Notes: generated by a model not told the origin, from the letters alone. DNA of 64,000 bases from Octopus vulgaris (GCA_951406725.2 OX597829.1:9858001-9922000), one strand, 5' to 3'; shown: positions 40,491 to 57,238, counted from the first letter of the stretch. Numbers and translations are program-made.

Positions 40491-40821
40491 CTTTGAATTC
40501 ATTAAGAACTTTTCTTTATGCCATTCAGTACCTCATCTAAATTATATATATATATATATCTTGTAAGAATCCTCATGTGAAGTCATGTGTTGAAACAGAT
40601 ATTGTTGTATTTTGGGATGCTCACTTTTTTTTCATGGCCAAAGAAAGTGTCGCTGGGGAGGTCACAGATGTGTGACGAATGATTTCTGACCAATGGACAT
40701 GAGTTAGAATAAGAAAAGTAATAAACTAGTGAAGAACGAATATATAATGCGTGTGTTTAGTTGGCAAGAAAAGAAAAAAAGTGACCATCCCGAAATACAA
40801 CAATATATATATATATTCTTT

Positions 40822-42170
40822 TTTTTTTTAGTTTCAGCACAAAGCCGCAGTCATAATGGGGCACCACCGTTTTGCTACACTGTTATTATTGAGAGACTCC
40901 TCTAATATGTGGTATTTGAGGAATAAGGGAGTTTGATGTCGCTACACTCATTTGCACATCTTGCCGCGGGGTAGGTTTATCTGGGACTCTCGACAGAAAG
41001 AGGTCCAGTTTTGTTTTGAAAACACCTACATCCACTTTGTGCTCTTTGGGAGAATATTAAAAAGTTGTGGGCCCCTGAAACCCAGGCTGTTGCAGTAACT
41101 GGTCCTGAAGCGTGATGGCATTGCTGGGATCATTGGCACTGTGCAGTGTCGACCCGTTCTGGCACAATACCTTCCGGGATCTTCCAGATATATATTATGG
41201 CATACTTCTCCTTCATTCACCCCAGGGAATAGAATCCTAGCAGTTTCAACTTTTGCCAGTAGCTGAGCTGTTGTAATGATATGATCTTCTTTGTGAAGCT
41301 TCGCTGGATAACTTCAAGGTCCGCTGTTAATTTTACACTGTTGAGTGACCATAGCTGGGAGCAATAATCCAGATGGCTGAGAACGAAGGTCCTCCAGAGG
41401 ACCATCATGGTTTCCTTCTCTCTGGTTCTGACGTTCTCAGGATCCATCCAGCACTTTGTCGACATCCTGGTAATGTGCACTTGGAAAGACGTATCATCAC
41501 TCATGTCGATACCCAGGTACCTCACTTTTTTAGGCTCTGGGATTGTAATCTCCTGTGAACCAGTGTATCCTGTAAGTTTATATTCAGTTTTGAAGGCTGG
41601 TAGCGAAGGGCTTAGAATTTTTGAGCATTAAACTGCATATTATTGTCCTCGACCATCTGTAAATTGAGTCCAACCCCTGCTGCAGATGTGCAACATCGCT
41701 GGGGTTCTGTATTTTCTGCGAGACTTTCGTATCGTCTGCGTAGCTAGCAAGAGTGGCAATCCGGGCAGCTGAGGGCATATCTGTGAAGGCCATTATAAAA
41801 AGCAGTGGTTCCAAGACAGTATCCTGTGGAACACCGCTCACTATTTGTGTTTTCTTTGAGGTAGCTCCATTGGCCACTACTGCTTGGCTTCTATCTTTCA
41901 GAAAGTCATGCAACCACTCTCCAAGTTTTCCAGCTATTCCAAGGTCACGCAGTTTGTGGCATATCATACCACTTTGCTTGACAGCCTGCCATTTGGAAGA
42001 AAGCTCTGGAAGAGAATCTGTGGTAGTTTTGCCAGGGCACGCTTACACGATTTAAGGAGGATTACTGGGAAACCATCAGGACCAGCAGTTGAGTTTGCGT
42101 CCACCTCATCTATATCTTCTTTGCTAATGTCGATGTAATCCATCGTAACTGCCTCGGCATAGAAACGGTG
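40822..42170 (-). mobile_element. CR1-clade LINE 3' part, degraded
   Basis: AGPDGFP, WLHDFLKDRSQ, SGVPQDTVL, SYADDTK, HLDYCSQLW, GPQLFNILP; A-tail at 40819-40829. Confidence 0.9.
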
Positions 42171-42659
42171 AGGGTGGTGCCGAAGACAAAGAGAGAGAGA
42201 GAAAAAGAAAAAAGAGAAAGATAGTCAAATTAATTTAGGGAGAGTTGAAGATGTTTTTATTAAAAGTAGCAGTGTTGATGGTGGAAATAGGAGTAATAAG
42301 GGAAAGAGAAAGAGGGAATGACCACTGAACTAACATGCTGAACGAACACACACATTTAGCCTTTTTGTGATGATATTGGGGTGATAGTAATAGTATGAGC
42401 TATAGTTGTGATAGAGGCGGAAGCGGCAGTGATGGTGGTGGTGGTAGTGGTGGTGGTGGTGGTAGTGGTGGTGGTAGTGGTGTGGTGGGTGGTAGCCGAG
42501 GCGGTGAGGCATGTGAGAGTAAGTGATGTGAAAGACTGGTGACGGTGATGGAACGGAAGGCGGCGAAGCCAAAGGTATTGATGGTGGTGGCGTCAGAAGT
42601 GAGAATGGTGTGTGTATGGCAGAAGTGGTGGTACTGTTGTTTATCATGCAGCTTTGCAA

Positions 42660-42843
42660 TAAGTTCCAAGTCGACAAATTATATCACTGTTTTGATGAAA
42701 ATTGTTCATTGCTTGAAAAATATTGTTGAAGGTTAATAAAAAAATTGAATATGTACTCAATGCATGAACTGTCATTGTTGGGTTAAGGCCTAATGAAGAG
42801 CCCTCCACTTTAAAAGCCGCCTATCGAGTGTATTTTAAACTAG
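42660..42843 (+). mobile_element. Helitron 3' terminus
   Basis: Similar to 50085-50226; ends in CTAG followed by T. Confidence 0.75.
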
Positions 42844-42871
42844 TATATGTGTATATATATATGTAAAACAT

Positions 42872-43262
42872 AGGCAGAGGCGTGGCTGTGTGACAAGAGG
42901 TTTGCTTCGCAACAAAATGGTCTTACTGTGGGACATTGTAGGTAAATGTCTTGTACTATAGCCTGGCGTCGACCCTGTGAGTGGATTTGGGAGATGGAAA
43001 CTGAAAGAAGACCGTTGTGTGTGTGTATGTGTTAGTGTGCGCGCGCGCGCGGGGAGCCTGTGTTTGTCTCCCATCAACACAACATTTATTGGTTAGTTTA
43101 CGTCTTGTAACTGAGCCGTTCGGCAAAAGAGACTGACAGAAGTCCCAGACTTTAAAAAAGAAAATAAGTGCAGGTGTCGATGCGTTCGACTAAAATTTGT
43201 CAAGGTGGTGCCCCAGCATGGCCGCAGTTTAATGACGGAATAAGGTAAAAGAATAAAAGGGA
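42872..43262 (+). mobile_element. SINE family B
   Basis: Head, core and tail align with the other copies. Confidence 0.85.
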
Positions 43263-43669
43263 AAAGATGTGTGAATTTACGTGCATGTATATGTGGGTTT
43301 GGGTGTCTGTACTGAGATATGCACACACATATACATACAGCCTACCTACATATATTTGCACGTATGTTGATATGAATCCGTATACTTCTTTGTGCATACG
43401 CATATGAGATTATACGAGTATGTATGCATATGTATGTATGTGTGTGTGTATATATACAAACATACGCATGGTTGTTTTTATATATGCATGGGTATATGTA
43501 TATACATGATATGTATATCTATCTATATACACATGCATGGGTATATATTTGTATTCACATATATATATTTGTATGTATGTATGTCTGTGCATGCATATAC
43601 AGAGAGAGAGGGAGATAGATAGATAAATGGATAGATGGATAGATAAATATATAGATTGATTGATTGATT

Positions 43670-43711
<42 letters not shown>

Positions 43712-43728
43712 GATAGATAGATAGGTAC

Positions 43729-43811
<83 letters not shown>

Positions 43812-44107
43812 TGTGTGTGAGTTAGATAGATAGATAGATATGTGTGTGAGTTAGATAGATAGATAGATATGTGTGTGAGTTAGAGCGTGTGTATATATGT
43901 CATATATATGTCTCGACTGACAATCCTTGGAAAACTACAGCCTCAATCTGTGAATGAAAAGTGAAGCGAAGTAAAATATCTTTTACATACCACTTGACAT
44001 CAAGCAATGCTAAAGTTTCTACATACATATATAAATATTGGCACATATACAATTCTTAGAAATAGTTACACAAGAACACACACACGGACACACATACACA
44101 CACACGC

Positions 44108-44179
<72 letters not shown>

Positions 44180-44476
44180 GCATACATACATGTTGAAGAA
44201 AAAAGCTTTCACCCACTCTCCTGTAGAAAATAAATAAATAAACCTGGCCAACCAACATAGACTATTCTGAGTCTCTTAAGTAGCTAGCATGTGATATTAC
44301 TTAGGAAGCTGGCTACACTAGCACTTGAGTTAATTTGGTAGTTCTATGACACTACTGCTGCAGTAACATGACCTCTATATAATTGATAAGTGTATATGTA
44401 AATTGCAAACAAACACTCACATGAATGTGTACATCATATGTATATGTATATACGTGTGTATGAATATATATGAATA

Positions 44477-44564
<88 letters not shown>

Positions 44565-44704
44565 ATGCACACAATGACACATTTTTATGTATATAGCCAT
44601 GTCTCTGCTTGCAGATTACATGCACTAAAAACATACTTATGCATATATTTCTGTATACACCTATGTAGATATACGAGATGTGTGTATGTGTGTAGTTATT
44701 TGTA

Positions 44705-44757
<53 letters not shown>

Positions 44758-44764
44758 CTATCTA

Positions 44765-44797
<33 letters not shown>

Positions 44798-44865
44798 ATC
44801 TATATCTATATATCTTTCTATCTATCTATCTATCCATCCATCTATCCATCTATCTATCTATCTAA

Positions 44866-44993
<128 letters not shown>

Positions 44994-45327
44994 ATTTTTT
45001 TTATCTACCTATGTAAATAGATATATATAATATTAAAATATATTGTATATTATACATAATATATAGTATAGAATGATATAAAAATCAACAAAAGTGCGGA
45101 CACCAGCAGAAACAAATTGTACGAGTAGATACAGACGTACATATACAAACACACATAAATGTATAGGCAGGCATGTGTGTCCATAATCCAACAGCGTTAC
45201 GCAGATAATAAGCATTCACACGAAGATATACTTAAAAATACGTAAACACCGACCCCGCTCATACATACATACACACGCACACACACACATATATATACAT
45301 ATATACACATATATACACATATATATA

Positions 45328-45369
<42 letters not shown>

Positions 45370-45470
45370 CATATATATCTACATACACATATATTTAGAG
45401 GGACATATATACATAGATATGCATATATATAAATAGGCATATATATATATTGATATGTATGTATATATAG

Positions 45471-45553
<83 letters not shown>

Positions 45554-45661
45554 ATATGTATATCCATACATATATATATACATATATGTATATAGGTGTG
45601 TGTGTGTGTATGTATATGTGTTTATATACATGCACATACACGCACACGGATTTCTGTGTTA

Positions 45662-45707
<46 letters not shown>

Positions 45708-46101
45708 GTAGTCAAATAAAATAAAATAAATATGTTGAAACTCATTCAGATCTCTGAAGAAAGCAATTATTTGTGGGAATATTATTTTAAATATACTAGT
45801 ACCACAGAAACATTTGTCATATACATATATATATATCAATGCGTTCATATATATATATATATATATGAACGCATTGATATGTGAATATATATATGAGTTT
45901 GTGTGTGTGTATACGTGTGTATATGATATATATATATATAGCATGAGTAGAGCTTTTTATGAGGGAGCGGTGGTTGTTTTTATCTGACTTTGATTTGATA
46001 TTTAATACTTATACATAGAAACATCACAGTTTGTGCAGGCAAATAAACAAAGAAGTAAAAACAAGGAAAGAAGCACAGTAGTATAAATATACATACATAC
46101 A

Positions 46102-46189
<88 letters not shown>

Positions 46190-46205
46190 TGTATGTATGC
46201 ATATG

Positions 46206-46263
<58 letters not shown>

Positions 46264-46354
46264 TGCACATATATATGTAAATATGTGTATATATACGTAT
46301 ATTTATATATGTTTATATTTACATATATATATGTATATATGCATTTATAATGTA

Positions 46355-46912
46355 TAACTTAGATAAACTTAGATATGTTTCGACCAAAGATTGGTCCAGG
46401 CAATGTCTAACTTAATAGCACCACCTGATAGGATTATTGGAATCCTGTTTAAGTCAAGTTTTGTTTAAGTCAAGTTTTGTTCAAGTAGTGAGTTCTTGTT
46501 GGGTGAGTTGTATCCAGTTTTGTTCAAGTAGTGAGTTCTTGTTGGGTGAGTTGTATCCAATTATGGGTGTCTTATCTGGTATTCTTTGAAGGAATCTATC
46601 CAGACTCCGTTTAAATTTGATGGGATCCTTTTCCTCTTTGATCTCTTTCGGGACAATGTTAAATAGGGCAGGGCCTGTTGAGGAAAAGAAATTATGTTGC
46701 AGTGTACATGTATGCTGTGATCTTGAATTGGGCAGGGGACGTATGGCCCGAGGTCCCAGTCTTGGATGAACCTTGAAGCTAATGTTCAGGTCGTTTTGGC
46801 AAAGTTGGCGGTATATTCTCCACATCGTACAAATGATGTACCGCTCACGGCGACGCTGGAGAAAGTAAAGTTTCAAGGCTTTAAGGCGATCCCAATAATC
46901 GAGAGCAGCCAT
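46355..46912 (-). mobile_element. CR1-clade LINE 3' end, second family
   Basis: LDYWDRLKALKLY.LQRRRERY..GPALFNIVP..FKRSLDRFLQRIPD; tandem duplication at the ORF end; (atctaagtt) tail repeats. Confidence 0.88.
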
Positions 46913-47207
46913 GCCTATATATATGTATATATATATACATGTATATACAAATATGTAGTTATACATGTAAATATATGTATTTATATATATGTATATATAT
47001 TTGTATATGTGTATATAAATTTATGTATGTATCTATGTGTATCTATCTATCTATTTATCTATCTCTCTCTTTCTGCCCCACCTCTCTCTCTCTCTATATA
47101 TATATATATGTCTATATACACGTCTATGTATACATATGCATATGTATATGTGTGTGTGTGTGTGTATAGCTGTATATATATGTATGTAAATATATATATG
47201 TATGTAC

Positions 47208-47247
<40 letters not shown>

Positions 47248-47264
47248 TAGATAGATAGATATAT

Positions 47265-47338
<74 letters not shown>

Positions 47339-47689
47339 GTGCGTTCGCGATTTTCCTCTCGTTTAGGTCTAATGAACCGCCATCTTTGTTTTCGTTCGGT
47401 TTCCTCGAATGTCTCCACTGTCCTGTTTTTGTACCCAACTTTGAGCCACCATAAACCCAAAATGCTATTTTGGTACTAATGGGAGCATCCATGTTCGAAG
47501 AGTCATATTGTTGTTCAATGGTCAAAATGAGGAGTCAACTGATGAACGGTCGTTCTTTATGCTACTTATCCTCTCTTCCATTTGTTTCTCCTGTTCTCTG
47601 TGTATTGAACTCATTTGTTTTCGTATTTCATGTTGTTTACTGTTGGTGACGTCCTGTACTCATATACCATAAGTTTGTAAGTATACAGA

Positions 47690-48030
47690 CACTTGCCGAA
47701 GGTGCCACGCATTGGCACCTTAGGCAAACGACTTGTACGGTAGCCTTGGGCCGACCAAAAGCTTATGAGTGGATTTGGTAGACGGAAACTGAAAGAATCC
47801 CGTCGTATTTACATGTGTGTTGTGTTTGACCTCAATCATCGCTCGACAAGCGATGCTGGTGTGTTTAAGTCCCTGTAACTTAGAGGTTTGGCAAAATACA
47901 CAGATAGAATAAGTATTAGGCTTAGTGAGAATAAGTCCTAGTGTCGGTTTGCTTGACTAAAGGCGGTGCTGCAGCATGGCCGCAGTCAAATTACTGAAAC
48001 AAATAAAAAAATTAAAAAAAAAGAATAAAA
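47690..48030 (+). mobile_element. SINE family B, 5' end rearranged
   Basis: Body and tail align; a short inverted piece sits at the 5' end. Confidence 0.8.
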
Positions 48031-48264
48031 GAATGTCCATCGATGCAAAACTAACGTGTTTAGTTTTTCACCGAACACAAAACAAGTATAAACGGGAGAA
48101 CTAGAAAGCAAACATAGGTCCTTAGCATGATTATGTATACATATGTGTGTGTCTGTGTATATGTATGTGTGTGTGTGTGCATGTGTGTGTATATATGTAT
48201 CTATATGTGTGTGTATATATATAAGTATATATACATATATAATATAATAATAATAATAATAATA

Positions 48265-48323
<59 letters not shown>

Positions 48324-48325
48324 AT

Positions 48326-48359
<34 letters not shown>

Positions 48360-48365
<6 letters not shown>

Positions 48366-50226
48366 GTAAATATCAGTGTGTTACACTTTTCAACTTTGCT
48401 CCGAGAGGCCGTAGCCCAACATATACCAATTTGGAATCAGACCGACTCCGAGAGTAAATCATAAACATTCCGGCCTGAATCCAGATCCGTAATCCTGAAA
48501 TTAGGGATTTCTAAGTTTTCATTACTTTAAGTATTTTCGGTGTGTTTTTTTACGTGATTTTTTTGCGACGAATGACAATTTTTATAAATTGGAAATAAAA
48601 GTTGGGAATGATCGAAATTAATTGCGAAATCCAACGACTGTTTTCGGCGATGTTTTTACATGATTTTTTTTGCGACGACTATGATCGTCATTTGGATATG
48701 ACTCTGGAGGAAACAATTGCAACAAATTCTGCAAAACAAGTCAGAGATCTGTTTGCAGTAACGATTGCCACCTGCCATATTTCCAACCCAGTTACTCTTT
48801 GGGAAAGATATAAAGAAGCTCTTAGTGAGGATATTCTTTATCAAATGAGACTTGTTCATCCGGGATTGGAATTGAATCCTCAGATTGCAAATTTAGCTCT
48901 CTGTGAAATTGAAGAAAAGGTGATGAACTTGGTTTAAAGAGATCTCAGCAATTTTCGTGTGCCAAAGCCAAATAGAGAACCTGGGCAAATCAACAGAGAA
49001 ATTTTGAGAGAAACAGGATACAACATGGAAGAACTGCGGTAATGTGTTCGAAACAATGAGCCCCTGTTGAACGAAGACCAACATCATGTGTATCAGAAGG
49101 TTCTTGATGACATAATCAACAACAATGAAGGGATTTTCTTCTTGAATGTACCTGGAGGTACTGGTAAAACATTTATAACTAACTTTCTTATATCTACAAA
49201 GAAAAGTAGCTCTTGCAGTAGCATCATCTGGAATTGCTGCTATTCTCTTACCTGGAAGGCGTACTACACACAGCGCCTTCAAACTTCCACTGGATTTGAA
49301 CTATAATGAAACCCCTATTTGCAACATCAAGAGAGGAACCGACTTGGCTAAGCTACTGAAGGAGACAAGCTTCATTGTCTGGGATGAATGTACCATGACC
49401 CACGTGCATGCATTTGAGGCCCTGGACAAAACACTCCAGGACATTAAACAGAATTCTCAAATCATAGGAAGTATCATTGTGCTACTCTCTGGTGATTTTA
49501 GACAAACATTTCCAGTCATTGCAAGAAGAACTCCAGCTGATGAAAGCAATGCTTGCTTGAAAAATTCTGAAAGTTGGAACCATTTTCAAAGACTCAGCCT
49601 GAAAACAAACACGAGACTAAGAATTACAAGTGACCTTGAAGCAGGAAGATTAGCTGCTTTGCTCCTGCAGCTTGGCAATGGAACCATCAAAATGGACCAA
49701 AATGTAAATATTTCACTCCCAAATGGTTGTGGAGATTCAGCCTCAAGTATCCAAGGCTTGATTAACCATGTTTATCCTAACATTAAACACCATTTCATGA
49801 ATTCAAATTGGTTTTATGAGAGGACCATATTAGCTTCCAAGATTCAAATTGTGGATAGCATCAACTAGAAACTTCTCCAAGAAATTCCAAAAGAAAGCAT
49901 GGAGTACTTTTCTATTGACACTGTGGTTGAACAAGAGCAGGCAATAAAGTCATTGAACTCCAATAGAGTTCCTGAACTCATTGAATCCTCCTGGAATGTC
50001 ATCACACAAACTGGAACTAAAACAAAATGTGCCGGTTATGCTATTGCGAAATCTGGATCCTCCAAAGCTTTGTAATGGAACAATTGTTTGTAAAATATTA
50101 TTCACGTTTAATAAAATTCAATATGTACTCAATGCATGAAGTGTCATTGTTGGGTCCAACGCCCAATCAAGAGTGTGCTGCATGAGTCAGCTTAAAAGCC
50201 GCCCAACAAGGCGGGCTTTAAGTTAG
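48360..50226 (+). mobile_element. Helitron, internally deleted (Rep-Hel linker + PIF1-like helicase pseudogene)
   Basis: [69 protein letters not shown]; 3' hairpin aaagccgcc/ggcgggcttt then TTAG-T. Confidence 0.92.
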
Positions 50227-50227
50227 T

Positions 50228-50622
50228 CTCTTTACTCTACTCTTTTACTTGTTTCAGTCATTTGACTGTGGCCATACTAGAGCACCACCTTTAGTCGAGC
50301 AAATCGATCCCAGAACTGATTGTTTGTAAGCCTAGTACTTACTCTATCGGCTTCTTTTGCCGAATCGCTAAGTGACGGGGACGTAAACACACCAGCATCG
50401 GTTGTCAAGCGATATTGGGGGGGGGGTCAAATACAAACACACAAACATATATATATATATACGACTAGCTTCTTTCAGTTTTCGTCTACCAAATCCACTG
50501 ACAAGGCTTTGGTTGGTCCGAGGCTATAGTAGGAGACACTTGACCAAGGTGCCACGCAGTCGGACTGAACCCGGAACCATGTGGCTGGTAAGCAAGCTAC
50601 TTACCACAGTCAATCCTACACC
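50228..50622 (-). mobile_element. SINE family B
   Basis: Reverse-complement match to family B. A further copy lies at 50812-51105. Confidence 0.88.
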
Positions 50623-50760
50623 TATATATATTTTTATACTACATATATATATATTTATACACAATTTATGATAAAACGATGTTAATGATTTAACAAGTGA
50701 CCAGCGTGTAATGAAACCATACAGGTAACGATCCATATTAATGTATAATTATGTAATAAA

Positions 50761-52560
<1,800 letters not shown>

Positions 52561-53211
52561 TATGTGCATGTGTATATATATATATATATATTATATTAAA
52601 GAGCGCAGATAAATGTCCACTTACACGCTAGAAATAGTCGCCAAATGGCTCTAAAAACTACATGTACACTCCATTAGCACAGGTTGTAAGCGGGCAGATG
52701 AGTAAGATTTTTTTTAATGGCTGTTGTTGTTCGTATGGTATGCATAAACATTTGTATTTGTATAATATAGCATATTGTACTGATGACAACGAGGGGTTTT
52801 ACAACCCTAAGTCAGAAATTAATCCTTTTTAAAATTCTTACAATTAATCATTTCTTTAAAATCATATCTATTCATCTGCCCGCTTACAGCATCTACTAAC
52901 GGAGTGTAGATGTGTTTTTAAGCCATTGGCGTCCATTTCGAGCGTGTTGATGGGATTTATCTTCAAACTTTAATATAATCATATCATATAATGATATATT
53001 AGTGCCTGTGTATATACATGTATATGTGTGTATGTGAATATACATACGTACATATATACATACATATATATACATATACATATATATGCATATATATATA
53101 TACACACACACACATACACACATATATATATATATATACAATATGATATCTATATATATATACACACATAGATATTATATATATATATATATATAAGTTC
53201 CATTCTAGCAA

Positions 53212-53264
<53 letters not shown>

Positions 53265-53730
53265 CATACATACATACACACATACTGTATATACATAATT
53301 ATATACGTACATAAATGTTGTGTCTGGGAAGCGTCATGCTCTTTTGGTACTTTATAATTTAACACACTCACCGGCAAAGTTTCCATTTATTAAATTATAA
53401 GGCACCAAAAGAGAATGACTCTCCGCAGACACAACAGAATATGGTTCAACACACGAACTCACATAAAGAATCTTGCAAGCCAAGTCCAAAAACCACATAC
53501 ATAAATATTATATATTACCCGAGCGTTAAACTAATACATGTTTGTTGTTTACATGTTTGTTGGTGTGTAAACAACAAATATGTATTAGTTTAACGCTCGG
53601 GTAATATATCATATTTATGTATGTGGTTTTTGGACTTGGTTTGCAAGATTCTTTATGTGAGTTCGTGTGTTGAAGCATGGACTGGGATAGACTGGGAGGA
53701 AAATGCCAGTCCACTAAAAATGAAAATAAT

Positions 53731-53763
<33 letters not shown>

Positions 53764-53844
53764 CATCTATCACGACAGGATGATACAGACGGAAGAAACG
53801 TAGCCAATCACTTTGCCCAGCGTCCTAACAATTCTGCCAACTCA

Positions 53845-54379
<535 letters not shown>

Positions 54380-54738
54380 AGACCACCTAATCTCAAGGTG
54401 TAGAGTCTAAGTACCTGTAGAATATAAAGCAAGACATGACAGAGTCGGCCAGTGTTTACATTGGACATGTCGGCATTATAAAATCAAAACCGCTGACAAA
54501 AGGTATAAACACCATCCTGAAACTGTGACTGAGGAAGAAAATGTGTCGATTCTATGGGACTTCCCCGTACATACCGACGGAACTATAAAAGCTAATAAAC
54601 CGGATATTATTTTAAAATATCAGACAATAAAAAGATGTGTTTATTAATTGACCTGAGTATCCCTTGTGATCACAATATGGCGGCGAAAGAATTTGACAAG
54701 ATTAGTAAATATAAGGAGTTGCTAATGGAAATTGAAAC
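54380..54738 (+). mobile_element. Dong/R4-like RLE fragment abutting (AAT)n
   Basis: DHLISRC, YKARHDRVGQCLHW, ILWDFPVHTD..KANKPDII, IDLSIPCD, KEFDKISKYKEL. Confidence 0.85.
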
Positions 54739-54799
54739 ATGCCTTAAACATGAAGTATAATATCATTCTGCTTCAATTGTATCTCGCCTCGTAGTCAGA

Positions 54800-55095
54800 T
54801 TATCCCTCATCTTCCTCCTCCTTTTCTTCCTCCTCTTTATCCTTCTCCTCCTTTCTATTCTTCTTTCTCCTCATCCTCCTCACCCTTCTCTTCCCTTCCT
54901 CTTCCTCACCCTCCTCCTCCTCCTCCTCTTTATCTTCCTCATCCTCCTCTACTCCTTTCTCTTTCGCCTCCTTCTCTTCCCCTTCTGCCTCATCTTCCTC
55001 CTCCGCTTCCCCTTCTGCCTCATGTTTCTCCTCTCCCCTTCCTCCTCTTCTTTCTCCCCCTCCTCTTTCCTTTTCCCCCTTCTCCTCCCCTCGTC
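54800..55095. repeat. Polypyrimidine (CCT/CTT) tract
   Basis: Direct inspection. Confidence 0.85.
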
Positions 55096-55546
55096 GCTGT
55101 CATTCTTCAGAGCTCATTCGTCATTTGTAGGTAGAATATTCAGCTGTTATAAAACAAGGCATCAGACAACACCACCAGGTATAAAGAGCAACAAGAACAA
55201 CAGCCAAAAACAAAAAGAAAAAAAACCGTAAACAGAGAAATAAACAGCAAAAAAATGAAAAGCTTTTTATCCATGTTATTTGGGAAGTGTGGAGGAGGGG
55301 GTGAGAATAAACTATTTACTGGAGAAAAGAAGTTTGTTGGGAAGAATTAGGAAAGGAGGAGGAGGAGAGGAGTAGGGGCGATAAAATAATTCGTAGATTA
55401 TTCCTTCTTACATTGCGGTTACATCATCATCATCATCATTATCATTTTTATCTTCATTTTCATCATCAATTTCATCATCATCATCATCATTATCATCATC
55501 ATCATCATCACCAGCACCAGCACCACCAGCACCACCAGCACCACCC

Positions 55547-55597
<51 letters not shown>

Positions 55598-55627
55598 GTA
55601 ACCACCACCACCACCACCACCACCACC

Positions 55628-55686
<59 letters not shown>

Positions 55687-57185
55687 AAAAGATTTAGTGT
55701 CATGATGATAAAGTAAACCATTATTATACCTGAGATTACACAAAGAGAGTGAAGCGAGAGTAGGTGAGAAAGAAAAAAGAGGGAGAAAGAGAGAGAAGAG
55801 AAAGAAAAGAAAGAGGTAAAAATCATTGGTAAGTGATCGATTAATCGATTATTCGTCCAAACAATTGCCAGCAAGTGTGCATATGTTTACATTTCTTGCA
55901 CTGGAAACAAGAATCTCGCAATTGAGTGGTTTTTAAAAAGAGGAAATAATTTTTTGGCCAACCAACTTTGAACTAATAAACTTCACAAAACTTAAACCAA
56001 TAACCAGCATTAATCAAACAAACGATTTAACCACAGCCACCCCCACCTCCTTTTGTTTTGAAGCAACAAAAAGGCAGCAGCCTCTACGTGGTTGCTCGAC
56101 CAATCTGCTAAATATAACAGTCATATCTTCGTCAGGCTCATTATGAATCGGACTGCACTAGACATAAAAAAAAAAAATGCAAACTACTTTCAGAAACTCC
56201 CGCTGGCCACAGTCTTTCCATGACTGGTCTACATTGTCACTCTATGTGTTCTAGAAATAACAGTAAAATGCCCCTCAAATCACTATTCCATCACCGTTTT
56301 AGAAAAGAACAGGATGGATCATGGAATCCTTTCTCATATCTTCTACCGTATATTTGTTTCGGTCATTGCACTGCGGCCATGCTAGAGGACCACCTTGAAG
56401 GATTAATTAAACAAATCGAGCACGGTACTTTAAAAAAAAACAAAAAAACACTGATACTTATACTATCGATTTCTTTTCAGGAACCACTAAGCTACGAGGA
56501 CGTAAACAAACTAACACCGGGTGTCATGCGATGAGGAAAACATACACATAAACACACGCTCACACATGTGTATGACAGGCTTCGACATAGTTTCTGTCTA
56601 CCTGTTGAACCTGAGCTACAGGAGATGCCCAAAGCATATGATGTGTGTGTCTGTGTGTCTTTCTTTGTCCCCCCTCCCCACTACAGCTTGACAACCGGTG
56701 CTGGAGTGTTTACGTCCCCGTGTGCAAATGGTTCAGCAATAACTACCAGGCTTAAAGATAAGAATAAGTAATGTGGTTGATTCATTCGACTAGAAATTCT
56801 TCAGGAAGACGCCCCAGCATGACCGCAGCCTGAAGCAGTTAAATGGTAAAATATACCAAAATATCTTCGAATCTTTACTTACCAATTGTTCCTCAGAAGA
56901 CACAATAGGAAAGGTGTAATCCAAGATAAACATTATCAGGATTAAATAAATAAACACTAAAATAAATAACTACGAAACAACGGCTATTCATAGGGTGTAC
57001 TCAATCAAGGCCGACTCGGATTTAAACAGCATTAACAGCAATGTCAACAACATGAGTAACAAAACTATTTAAAATGTCTACAGATAGTATCCATTTCCTT
57101 TTTTTTTATTTTCATTTTTTTCTTCTCCCAATTCCCTTGCAGCCACCTTCTCTTTACTCTTATCCTCTCCCTCGATCACCGTTCA

Positions 57186-57238
<53 letters not shown>

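Noticed and set aside
43808-43883. Three regularly spaced gatatgtgtgtgagtta units, CRISPR-like
   Set aside because: The spacers are just (GATA)n; higher-order microsatellite slippage in a eukaryote.
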